Source of the DNA: Antedon mediterranea
Lineage: Eukaryota; Animalia; Echinodermata
Assembly (NCBI RefSeq): GCF_964355755.1
Contig: NC_092671.1
Span: forward strand, 40,863,304 to 40,927,303
Direction of reading: 5' to 3'
DNA length: 64,000 bases
Shown: one piece after another, positions 23,801-36,133 of the stretch
Numbering within the stretch: position 1 is the stretch's first letter
Layout of the letters: each line of letters opens with the position of its first letter
Program-made: the position numbers and the translations under genes
Notes under the pieces: generated by a model
Told to the model about the DNA's origin: nothing
Database searches by the model: none
The model's input: only the letters and a program-made list of their open reading frames with translations

Positions 23801-26800
23801 AAAGAAGTTCAGCATAAACTAATAATATGCCTACCAACAGAATTGTATGAAACATTATTTTCTGTTCATTAAACTTGGTTTATATTAAATCAAACCATTT
23901 TCATACATGTATTTTATGTTGGTTCCAAAACAGACTGGGCATTTGTCGCAACATCTGTCTAAGTGAACATTTATAAGAAATTAAGGTTGAAACATAGAAA
24001 AAGTAAACTTCATTCATTTGTGCCTATAACTAAAGGTAAATAAAAATCAATAGTGAAAACATTTCTTCTGGTTTCGATAGTATATTGATATGTAGTTCAT
24101 TGATAGTAAACCAGTAATGTAAACTTACGTTTGCTAGGAGACCAATGGACGTCATAACGCATAGCAACTGAAGAAGTCAAGCTGACAGGTAGACGAAACT
24201 GTCTTGCAACGTAAGTTTACATTAATGGTTAGGGTTAGGGGCCGCTGGAAAGGAGACCAATCGACGTCATAACGCATAGCAACTGAAGAAGTCAAGCTGA
24301 CAGCTAGACGAAACTGTCTTGCAACGTAAGTTTACATTAATGGTTTACTATCAAGGACTACATATCAATAAATAAAAATCAATTGTGCCACCAAAGTGTT
24401 GGTCCATGTAATGCTTAATTTGTAGTTTAAATGGTTGAAGTTGATGTACTAAATCCAAATATTTTACCATCAACAACTTGGTAATTAGTTAATTTTAAAG
24501 ATATAATTTTAATGTAGATCAGTAAATTTAAATATTGTTTTTTAGTCTTGTTTATTATGTTTATGGTATATTAATAACTTGTATACTCTGTTTCTTCCTG
24601 GATGAATGCCCTCCCTTCAATTTAGTTTTATATGCTAAATTTGTTGCATTTAAAAATAGCCGAGAACATCAATTGATATCAAACTGAGAACACTACACTG
24701 CATATGTTTCTACAATATTATAGTGAACAACACTGGTTGTGGTAAAATGACAGCATGATCCATAATATATTAACAATATGGTTCATATTTCATGAGTAAC
24801 CTTATTCCACAGAAAAAAATATTGTTTACAAACCTGTACCATATGTTTCTCTGTGAGAGATGAAATGTGGTAGATTAATGCCTATTGGTGTTGGAATTAG
24901 ATTGCATTCATATTACTTTTGGTTTTTAGCAGTGTATTACAATTATTTGATTAATTTATAAATAATTTTTTCAACATATATTTGTTTATGAAACTTTCTT
25001 AACAATGTTAGTTTACATGTTTGTGTATTCACAGTCCTGCAGCAAATGTATGAAGTATAGTATTAACTACGAGTAATGCAGGGAGGTGGTGGATGGTTGA
25101 CTCTCTACAGTTTCTACATTTTCCTTTGCCCGTGTGGAAATTTTCTATTTTAATTGTGTAAAAATATAAAATAGTAAAAATTGTGTATAGATGTAATTAT
25201 TGGCTGTGATAACCCATGATCGTGGTCAACTTTGGTAACGCCTTGAGCACTTCTAGTGGATGTGTGCTTTATAAATTATTATTATCATTATTTATTATTA
25301 TATTGATTGTCTGACTGGACAATAGTAAAAGAGCAATTGTTTTTTTTATGTCTTGCAGCCTCTATCAGAACATTTAAGTGATTTGCCATCAGATCTCTTA
25401 CATAACCTTTTTGATGATGACCCGCTGCTGTCCAGTAAGTGTATTGGTGAAGATGGAAGTCTTTCACCAAATCCACATATCCAGACAGATCACAGCTACT
25501 CCATGACAAACGAATTAGGCCTACAATCACCACTGATGAAAGATATACAACTCCATGGTATGAATCAAAGAAACATTTTTTAAGTTTTTAGAGAAAAAAA
25601 GCTCTGGATTTGATGAAAACTGGGCCACTATTCAACATTAATAAACAGATATGTTGATGAGACAAAAAGCACACTAATCTGCTAATCTTAGTAAAGCTTG
25701 TGTACGGTAATGTATACAATACCGTACAGTACTAAATTATTGAATATCTATGTCTTTTAATTTTGTTAATCATAGTGTAAAAAATGTATTAAGTGTCTTG
25801 GTTACTGACAGGATGTAGTAATGATGTTATCTATTAACCACTTGCCTACCTTTTCCTGTAGACTTTGAATCTGGTGAAATCAATGTTGAAGTACCATCAT
25901 TGGAACAGGAAGTTCCATTAGCCATCCCTGAATTTAAGCAAGAACAAACCAGTGACATCAGATACATTCTCAGAGAAGCAGTACCTATCACAACGTCTGC
26001 CGTACAACTCACAATTCAAGCCAAGCCACAAGACATCTCAAATCTCAAACTCGAACCACATAACCAAATTTGCAGAGAAACAGGTGTAATATCAAGAATA
26101 ATTCTAAATTTTGAATTTAATGAAAGTGCATTACATATATTTAGAAATATATTTTTTGTATGAATTTTAAAATATGAATACATTGATTTATTTTATAGTG
26201 AACATAATTGATCAAGTGCAACTTCCACCGAGTCCTCCCAGTAGCAATAACAGTGATAGTGATGGTGGTGCCAGCCCTGATAGATGCAGTTCCATTTCAT
26301 CAGATTGTCCCAGCCCAACATACATCTCACCTCTACCAAGGAAACCATTAGCTACAACCAGAACAATTACACAGCCTATGTTTACCAATGTACAGGTTGG
26401 TACAGTCACAAAATATTTAATATTATACTACAATAGGCAATACTGTATTTATTTTTTTAATGTACATTTTTTATATACAGTAGTTCTCTCAGATAAAAAC
26501 AGATATTGACTGTCAGGAATGTTTGCCCATACTGGGTTTCAATTGATATGACCTTCTGATCTACTTCCTGTTAGAATTTAGAACTTTATAATGCAAGGTC
26601 AATGAAATGTGGGTACTGTAGGTTTTGTGACTGAACTGTTGCTAATCAAATTAAGTTTCATTTAGGGAATAACAAATGTAAAATTATTCAATCACATAAG
26701 TCGATCATCTTCTTTAGCTTTTGTCTACCCATGTTTTATTTTAATTTACTCTTTCAGAGATTACCACAATCAGGACCACTTATTTTAACAGAAGAAGAAA

Positions 26801-29800
26801 AGAGAACATTAATTGCAGAAGGCTATCCTATTCCAAACAAACTTCCACTCTCAAAGTCAGAAGAAAAATCACTAAAGAAAGTCAGAAGGAAAATTAAAAA
26901 TAAGGTCAGTTATTAGAACATGAGTCTACCTACTTTAATAGTATAAGTTTTAACCATTCTTTTATCTTGGTAATTCATTTTCATCTCCTCTTAAGTAACT
27001 ATATTTTGTTATATACAGATTTCAGCACAGGAAAGCAGAAGGAAAAAGAAAGAATATGTTGAAGCTTTAGAAAGAAAGTAAGTGGCCATGCTTATGTAAC
27101 TCTCATCATAGAAGTAACATTTAGTAACTGTCTCGCTCATCCAAATCAAAACTACCTCATTAATTATTGTTATGATAAATAAAGGAAGAGTGAACTTCAT
27201 ATAATTGCAGATTTGTCTCGTCTGCTGGTGTAACTAATATAAGATATTCTTGTTTGTTAATAGAATGGAACAGTACACACAAGAAAACACAGATTTAAAA
27301 AAGCGAGTAGACTCATTAGAAAGTAACAACAAAACACTCGTCACACAACTTACAAAACTACAGTCTATTGCAAATAAGATTTCCAAACCAATCCGAGCAA
27401 CTTCAACCCAGACAGGAACTTGTTTAATGGTAAGTCCAGATTTTTAACATTAATTCATTTTTTTAAATAGTTAGTCATATCTGTTAAGATCTTTAAAGAC
27501 ACTTTCCCTATCATTTTTATAATAAAAAGAGAAAAACTATGCACTAAGTAACTCGTGTCGAATAAAACTATGCACTAAGTAACTTGTGTCGAATGTCCTT
27601 TTTTTGACTGCCTTATAGGCCTAGGTAAGATTAGTTTTGTAGGCCTAGTGGTAAAACAGCAGTAACGTACGAACATTGTATGCCAGCTATAGGCCTAGGT
27701 AAGATTAGTTTTGTAGGCCTAGGTGGTAAAACAGCAGTAACATACGAACATTGTATGCCAGCTATAGGCCTAGGTAAGATTAGTTTTGTAGGCCTAGGTG
27801 GTAAAACAGCAGTAACGTACGAACATTGTATACCAGCTATAGGCCTAGGAAAGATTAGTTTTGTAGGCCTAGGTGGTAAAACAGCAGTAACGTACGAACA
27901 TTGTATGCCAGCTATAGGACTAGGTAAGATTAGTTTTGTAGGCCTAGGTGGTAAAACAGCGGTAACGTACGAACATTGTATGCCAGCTATAGGCCTAGAT
28001 AAGATTAGTTTTGTAGGCCTAGGTGGTAAAACAGCAGTAACGTACGAACATTGTATGCCAGCTATAGGCCTAGGTAAGATTAGTTTTGTAGGCCTAGGTA
28101 GTAAAACAGCAGTAACGTACGAACATTGTATGCCAGCTATAGGCCTAGGTAAGATTAGTTTTGTAGGCCTAGGTGGTAAAACAGCAGTAACGTACGAACA
28201 AATTGTATGCCAGCTATAGGCCTAGGTAAGATTAGTTTTGTAGGCCTAGGTGGTAAAACAGCAGTAACGTACGAACAAATTGTATGCCAGCTATAGGCCT
28301 AGGTAAGATTAGTTTTGTAGGCCTAGGTGGTAAAACAGCAGTAACATACGAACATTGTATGCCAGCTATAGGCCTAGGTAAGATTAGTTTTGTAGGCCTA
28401 GGTGGTAAAACAGCAGTAACATACGAACATTGTATGCCAGCTATAGGCCTAGGTAAGATTAGTTTTGTAGGCCTAGGTGGTAAAACAGCAGTAACATACG
28501 AACATTGTATGCCAGCTACAGGCCTAGTTCCTGCATTAATTGTTTTTTTGTTCTATTTGTTTTGCTTTAAAGATCAATCAAAAGTAGGTGCATCGCAGAA
28601 ATAAAACAAAAATATCAATCAATGCACCCTGGTATTTATAGTGGGCCGCTTAAATCATTATAATCGAATTATTTAAACTTTTTTACTGTTTAAAGATGAA
28701 AAAATTATCGCAAGAGGCCCAAATACATTATAGTAGTATTTATTTTTAAATAAAATGCAGTTTTTGAACCTTAAATTAGATAGAAACAAATGTAGGTATA
28801 AGTGTCTTTTGGTTATGTCAAATGTAGCCCATACATAAGTGCAACTGTAGGTAAAGTGTCTTTTGGTCATGTCAAATGTAGCCCATGCATAAGTGCAACT
28901 GTAGGTAAAGTGTCTTTTGGTCATGTCAAATGTAGCCCATACATAAGTGCAACTGTAGGTAAAGTGTCTTTTGGTCATGTCAAATGTAGCCCATGCATAA
29001 GTGCAACTGTAGGTAAAGTGTCTTTTGGTCATGTCAAATGTAGCCCATACATAAGTGCAACTGGTAATTTCAATTAAATACTTGATTTGTATTGCTAAAA
29101 ATATTTTTGTATTAATTAACTGCATGTAATGCCTGTATAATACCATTTATTTTACCTTACCTAATGCATGATGAAACAGCACATTTTCATAAAACTTTTA
29201 AAAACATTCATTCAATTCTATTACTAATTCAGATATAAAAAGGAATTTTATTTCACTTGGACAATCTAATGAACAGACCGTTACAAATTCTGAGGTGTAG
29301 ATAATTTATAACGCACTACACTGATTTGTAATATATGTAACAGATGCTACGGACGTATATTGATTTTATAGAAATCCTCCCTCGCACTTATGTACATTGT
29401 ATTTTGTTGCTGACATCTGCAAAAACATGACTTATTCCCACTGTGGAATATAATCCAATTGAATATTGATTGCCTAATTACTATCTGCTATTTGAAATAT
29501 TTATAATTTAGTTTTCTTTTTAATACAATTAATATGTATTTCTTTGCTAATATTTTGATTTAAATCACCGCATGTAAACTTATTTCTATTCAGTATCGTT
29601 TACGGTGTAAAAGCAGAAGGTGACGAGATTGATGAGAAAGCCAGCAAGAAATCCCCCGCTTCTTTCACCCTTGACCTCAGGTGCAGTATGCAAATAACGC
29701 TGTTTTCTCAATTCCTTTTATATTTTAAAACTTTTTGTGTAACTTTTCTTCTTTTGGATTGAGGTAAAGGTATCTCTGCACCTGAATACTATATTATGTC

Positions 29801-31467
29801 TTTCTTTCACAATTTATTTTGTAACGGGTTTTGTTCTAATATTATTAGCAAAATTTGCATACTGCATCATAGTTTTTCACTATAAATAATATTGCTAACT
29901 GATATTAATACTATTTGTTGTAATGGGTTACTAACACTTTATGTGCTGTAAAACTATGTTTGATATGACCATGACTGAATAATATAGGCCTCCCAACTCT
30001 CTCAGTAGATGCAGGAGTTTCGTGAAATCCCCTGCTAAAAATACAATTTTTACCAGATTTTATTCTGATAATGACATACAGTAATAATTAAACATTTCTA
30101 ATACAATTAAGAAAATCGAAAACGCACTACTGTATATCAGTCTGTAAGATGTTTATAAAACATTTATACATTGTTTAATAAGTAAAATAACACTGCGTCT
30201 TTAGATGCCATGTTGGCTTTTACAGGTTCTCCCTGTTTTTGTGATTTTTTGTTTCACTTTAACATATTTGACAATCTTAGCATGTTCATTGATAGACAAT
30301 TGTACTACAATATTTTATTTCTATTGAATACACTTTGTAAGCTTATGTAAACCTTTTTTAACTTTGTTAGCATAAACTCATCAATTCATCCATTTAAATC
30401 TGTCAATTCTATTGTGATGATAATTTAACACATGTGAAAGTAACATGTGTGTAACCTTTTAAATTGATTCAAAATATCAATTAAGAACTAATATTTTCAC
30501 TGTTGCTACAGTATGGCGCAGTTGAAGTTTCAATATCGCTATTAATTATTATAACTGTTTTTTTATATTTTAAATACTGTAATACAATTATGCTTACATG
30601 ATTTTTTTTTTAAATTAAACACTGTAATCATAATATTTAAGTATTTAATTTTATATTATATTTTATCTTAACAGGTATTTGTGTTATGTTTTGCTGTTTT
30701 TCTTGGGAGCTGGTCTCCGTCTGTGTTATTTTATCGTCCTAGTCATTCCACTATTCTTCCTCCCAATCAACCATTAATGAAACATGCTCACATGAAACTA
30801 CCATATGGACCTGATCCGCCTCCGTCGTCGTCGTTTGGATATGACCCATACTCGACTCCAAACAGTAAGTTATCAACTTATCATGTAGTATGATAAAACA
30901 AGTTAGGGGTGCAATGGTTAGCATGCTGCAAGGGCTAATGGTCAATTATAAAAAGAGGCCTACCGTAGCCTTTGAACTCTGATGGACAAATTGGCAGTTT
31001 ACATATTAATAAATCAAATGCTATACGGTATATCAATCGGTAAGTATATTTGTTATTGCAAGGGATCGCCAGAACCATAAAAGTAAAAACAAATAATTTT
31101 TCATTTTATTTTAATACTTCTGTTCACTTTTTCAGTGAATTCCAGAATGCTTATGTCAACAGATGAAGATAGCAACAGTGATACATATAGTGAAAACTTT
31201 CCTTACATGACTCGTCTTAACACACTCGACAAAGTATTACAAGAGTCTGCTTACAACCATCGCTCCACTTCACAAAAATCGGCTGCAACTATCGAACCTC
31301 CTGGTTTTCCGACTTTAGAGGTCATCCTCCAAGAAAAGGTCACAAACGATGACAAATATACGATCAATGGCTCCAAGTCCCATTTCAGTGTTCATCAGGT
31401 GGTCAACCCTGATATAGAAGCTGATGTCATCTCTGTAGAAACAAGGGTGAATGGTTCCTCTCAGTAA
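17874..31467 (+). CDS. CREB3L1: CREB3L1/CREB3L2-like (CrebA/OASIS family) ER membrane-anchored bZIP transcription factor
   Basis: Exons 17874-17963, 25359-25557, 25862-26083, 26199-26395, 26758-26904, 27019-27077, 27264-27429, 30675-30864, 31136-31467, all phase-compatible. Motifs: [23 protein letters not shown] domain [19 protein letters not shown], b[26 protein letters not shown] segment [18 protein letters not shown]1P-like site RMLM, luminal NGS sites. L1 versus L2 orthology cannot be resolved here. Confidence 0.9.
18319..18347. mobile_element. 29-bp palindrome with 7-bp TSD, probable P-family excision footprint
   Basis: ctataat|catggacctctaatttatataggtccata|ctataat. Confidence 0.6.
22681..22839 (+). 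repeat. 80-bp direct tandem duplication
   Basis: cttgtttaaatctatcatgtattgtaagctttgaac...gaaatatcta at 22681 and 22761. Confidence 0.9.
22949..22968. mobile_element. 20-bp perfect palindrome with near-perfect 7-bp TSD, probable P-family excision footprint
   Basis: gagcaac|catggaactatagttccatg|gagcaaa. Confidence 0.55.
24164..24207 (+). ncRNA. Minimal type I hammerhead ribozyme motif, copy A
   Basis: gcaa-CTGAAGA-a-gtc..gac-GAAA-ctg-TC-ttgc; stem I gcaa/ttgc, GUC cleavage triplet. Confidence 0.7.
24279..24322 (+). ncRNA. Minimal type I hammerhead ribozyme motif, copy B
   Basis: gcaa-CTGAAGA-a-gtcaagct/gac/agctagac-GAAA-ctg-TC-ttgc. Confidence 0.72.
27614..28528 (+). repeat. 75-bp intronic minisatellite, ~12 copies
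   Basis: Unit tataggcctaggtaagattagttttgtaggcctaggtggtaaaacagcagtaacgtacgaacattgtatgccagc. Confidence 0.95.
28791..29063 (+). repeat. 54-bp minisatellite, 5 copies with alternating variants
   Basis: Unit tgtaggtaaagtgtcttttggtcatgtcaaatgtagcccatRcataagtgcaac with R = A,G,A,G,A. Confidence 0.9.
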
Positions 31468-33124
31468 GGAGTATTTCAACCTTGATTTGTACCTATTTAC
31501 TACCAACTCAGTAATTAATATCAATTTAAAAAGAGAGAAAAATAGTCTGTATTGTGATTTATTCTTAAAAAAGTTCTTACACTTTATGTTTATTTATGCA
31601 TGCATTATTAATACTGTTTTAAAAAATTTATTTGTGAACATTTTTTTTAGATTATATTTTTCTCAACTTTTTTTCATGTATGTAAACTTTGTAAATACTA
31701 ATGTCTTCCACAATTATTATTGATTTGGAAGGGACTAAATATTGAAAAATGTAAATTGATATTCTTTAAAGTCTAATTACATTTTAGCTAATTTAATAGC
31801 AAATATATATTGTGCTACTGCATTTAATATTTTGTAAAAAGGATTTAAAAAAAAGTTATACATTGGCCAATGTAACTTTAAATCGATTTTTCTAGACGGT
31901 ATCAGTATAGAACATAACATTTATAAAAAAACCATTTATGAACTGTCTATTTGTCTTTGTAAATAAAAGTATACAAATCATGCTGTTATAAATCATTATT
32001 TCCTACTACTGTACAATTATTAATTTAAATGTCTACTCTTGCTTTTAATTTTATAAAGGCGTGTGAGTTTTTAGCGCAGATCCGTTTTTAATAGTGTGGG
32101 GACGTTTAAAAATGGATGTATAAATAATAATACGTCATTAGACTGGGGGGGGGGGGGGGAGGGAATCATACAATCCTGCTATGAAGGATGACAAATAATA
32201 TATTTATTATTTGTCATACGTCAGGGCAGGTTTCCGGAATAGTAGGCATGATTAGTTCATTTACGATGATTCTCCTTTTTCCTACAGCATAAATATAACC
32301 CGATTATGATCTATACTATCTTTTTCAACTGCTGCAAATGTTTGGTACACTTTCATTTCATGTGTATTAGCCTATATAGCTGTGGGATGGTATGGGAAAG
32401 CGATATATATTTATTAGAATGTACGTAGTCTGGGCTCCAGACGGAGTTTTGTCTTAATATTAGTAAAAATATAAATATTTTTGCACATATGGCGTTTCAT
32501 ACGTGTATTACTTGAGTTTGGATATGATATTTTCAGACAAAAATCGCGGTCGAAATAGAAACAAATAAATTTAAAAAAAAACAATAAATACAGACTTGGG
32601 GCAAGTCTAAGTAATACGGTATAAAATGAAATAGCGATGTGCGAGTAAATACTACATGGCCGGACCGCAAATAAAATACGATATATATATGATGACGTAT
32701 TAGATATCTACACATGCGTAGAAGAACTCCTGGATTGGTACGACGGTGAAGCGCGCCCCCCCCCCCCCCCCGAGAACTGTTGTTGTTATGGAAACTCACA
32801 ACAACAACATTGAGGGCGTAAAATATGCCCATTATTATTATTATTATTATGCGTGGTGGTTGGGGTGGCGTGGATTAAATCTGTGATGGGAGGAGGGAGA
32901 GCGAAACCGCCGATCGACTCTGTGGTGTGTGACCGGCCTAGCCTATATAATTTTAAACCATCACCACCGCAAAAAGAATATTTTGTGACTGAACCTGCTA
33001 AATCTACGCCTAGTTACTAGAGTATCAATACTTTTAAAGGTACTTCATTCAAGCAAGCGTTCAATCAAGTACTTACAAAAATAAGAAGAAGAAGCCTGCC
33101 TGAAAAGGAAGGCTAAATTAGATT

Positions 33125-33435
33125 AGTTAGGCCTACACTACAGGCTAGGTAGGGTCTAGCCTAGGCTATATACTAGACTAGAGCCTAGGCCTGTAGACAT
33201 ACGAGGCCTAGGCTAGGAGCCTATATATAATTATATAGGCCTAGGCCTACTATATGACCTAGGCCTAGCTAAGCCTATAGGCCCTAGTAGGCTAGTAGGC
33301 CAGGCTTAACTAGCCTAGCTAGGCCTAGCGCCTAGGCCTATAGCTAGTATTGTTATTATTAATTTTAATAATAATAATAACAGGCGCGCCTGCGTTATGG
33401 TAGGCCTAGCCTAGCCTCTAGGCCTAGGCTACTAG
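33125..33435. repeat. Degenerate (TAGGCC/CTAG)-rich low-complexity tract
   Basis: Many ctaggc, ggccta and ctagc units. Confidence 0.75.
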
Positions 33436-33741
33436 GATTACGGTCGAAGCGGCCGCCAACCAATTAACCAAATAAATTTATTTATTTAATATCCTAAATT
33501 ATTTATACCTTCAGATATATAAATATTGATCAATTTAAAATGAGTTTTAAATACTAAAATAAGATGCAAGTGTCTGTACGGTACGGTAATTAATTACGCG
33601 AATTTCTGCTAATAACTACATGGCCGGCTGTAGAAGGTCGTGTTTTCGTCCCCATGTTGCTTTATTGAAAACACAAACAATGTATTACAATGGAATAACA
33701 CTTAATGTATAACACACCCTATTACTAATCAATAAAAAAAC

Positions 33742-34340
33742 AAGATTCGATAGTACACAGTGTAAATGAGATATAAAGATTCGGCAATACCGTACGTAAA
33801 TTATTATTGCAATACTGTATGAAGATTCGATAGTATGTAAATGAGATATAAAGATTCGGCAACCCCGTACGTAAATTAGTATATTGCAATACTGTATAAA
33901 GATTCGATAGTAAAGTAAACGAGATATAAAGATTCGGCAATACCGTACGTAAATTATTATTGCAATACTGTATGAAGATTCGATAGTAAAGTAAACGAGA
34001 TATAAAGATTCGGCAATACCGTACGTAAATTATTGCAATACTGTATGAAGATTCGATAGTAAAGTAAACGAGATATAAAGATTCGGCAATACCGTACGTA
34101 AATCATTATTGCAATACTGTATGAAGATTCGATAGTAAAGTAAACGAGATATAAAGATTCGGCAATACCGTACGTAAATTATTATTGCAATACTGTATGA
34201 AGATTCGATAGTAAAGTAAACGAGATATAAAGATTTGGCAATACCGTACGTAAATTATTCCAATACTGTATGAAGATTCGATAGTATGTAAATGAGATAT
34301 AAAGATTCGGATTCGTACGTAAATTATTAATGCAATACGT
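33742..34340 (+). repeat. ~76-bp minisatellite, ~8 copies
   Basis: Unit aaagattcggcaataccgtacgtaaattattattgcaatactgtatgaagattcgatagtaaagtaaacgagatat. Confidence 0.9.
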
Positions 34341-36133
34341 ATGTATAAAGATTCGATAGGAGAGTGCTCGAGAAACGTCGGGTTACTTCAACGTTATTTT
34401 TTCACTTCAACGTTATTTTTTCCCTTCACTGCCAATATTTAAAAAAAAAGAGATATAAATAAATAAATAGTAAATGAGATATAAAGGTTCAATAGTACGT
34501 AGATTATGATACAAACGTAAATTATTAATGATTCGATAGTATATGTAAATATATTTAGTTAGTTAATATTAAAATACAAATAAAATATACATTAATTTAT
34601 CGGCAAACTTAATTTTTATAGAAATATAAAGATTCAATAGTTCATGATTTGGCTTATATTTATTGGTTTGACCATACATACAGCTGTAACTCAACTGGCC
34701 ATAGGCCATGGTGTTGACAACGACAATCAAAGATTAAAGCGCACATGGCGTTCCATACAAATGACGATATTAAACTGGCGGCCGCTTTGCTTGGCGGCCG
34801 CTTCGACCATACTCCGGCTACTATACTAGGCTAGCCTAGATATGATGCCTGGACCTGGTGCACACCTAGGCCTAGAGCTATTAATGGCTGAGCCAAAGTA
34901 ACACTTTGCTCACAGTGTGTTCCGGGGATTTCATGAAAAAAAAAAATCATGTTTTCACTTATAAAATGACAAAATAAATGGTTAAATTCAACCAAAAATC
35001 TATTGGCTGGCAGACAATTTGACCATTTTTTGCTTTAAATGACATTTTTAAAGGTAAATACATTTTTTTTTTATCCATTAGTCAAAGTGGATAACTATTA
35101 TATTACATTAAAATTGAATATACAAAAAAAAAATGTTTTAAGAATTATTTTTTTAGGGGACAATACATCTTTAAATAAAACATTAAATTTTAAAGTTACT
35201 ACTGTATTTGTTTTCTTTATTATTTTGCAGAATTTTAATGATTCTTCCATTTTTCGATACCTTTTTCATTGACGCGTACGTAACTAAAGTTTTTGTAATG
35301 CTTGAGCACTCGTAGATCGATTTGTTTACAAATTGGGTAGTTGCGTTAAAAGTTAATGTCTGCACGGTACTGCAAAAACTTCCTATTATTTACTTTTATT
35401 GCACTTTTTTTAATCGAAGAGCATTCATAGCTGCTAAATACCTAGCTTGTATTTATCATGAAATCAAATTTACAATACTCTCTGGACATTAAAAAAACAA
35501 ATAATTGGTAAATATTTTGAAATAAGATGGGATGTAGCTGTCGTACCAATGCCAAGGATACATTCATTCTGGTATCATCCAGTACAACAGGAAGTCGAGA
35601 AGATAATAACTTATTTTGAATTTTTTCGGCGTTTCCAAATAATTATACTTTTTGATGTCTTTTTGATGTTTTTATATGAATGGCTGTTCTATCTTTTTAT
35701 TGTATTTATATTGTGTATACATTTTCTATGACGAGCAATGAATTCCTTTTTGAGGTTCAATAAAAGTTATCTTATCTTATTATTATATTCAAAATAAGGG
35801 GGAAAATGATGTAGTGTAGGGAGTTTAGTTAACAATGCCTAGTTCACATGGTGTAGGTAATAAGCCAAGCTATCATAACAATAATGATTAATATATCTAC
35901 TGTAGGCCTATCTAGTAGTGGTACTAGAGGCTATAGCAGGTCTGGTATAGTAATACATATTACTTTACAATATCATGATTTAACAGAGTTAACTAACCAT
36001 GTAGTACTTTTTATCCGCTTTCAGTGAGTGGCCTACTGATTTTGTTTGGCTAGTAGTAGGCCTACTAACCCATAGGTAAATTTTATTATATAATAATTTA
36101 ATATTATTTTTATCAACATAGGTTAAAGTCAAA

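Larger units (their letters stand above)
24052..24368 (+). mobile_element. Non-coding mini Penelope-like insertion: inverted tail plus two tandem hammerhead-bearing units separated by telomeric repeats, with 15-bp TSD
   Basis: TSD taaataaaaatcaat at 24037-24051 and 24369-24383; 115-bp period; 24083-24134 is the reverse complement of 24321-24370. Confidence 0.8.

Noticed and set aside
27680-29146. Repetitive ORFs (MPAIGLGK..., FTYSCTY...)
   Set aside because: 75-bp and 54-bp minisatellites in a CREB3L intron
33125-33435. TAGGCC tract as a relic telomere (TTAGGC-like)
   Set aside because: Units occur in both orientations and are largely palindromic; the real telomere here is TTAGGG
34842-34903. 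Possible upstream coding exon of PP2D1 (atgatgcctgga...ccaaa|gtaac)
   Set aside because: Phase does not match the acceptor at 36121 and would give an immediate stop; at most a UTR exon
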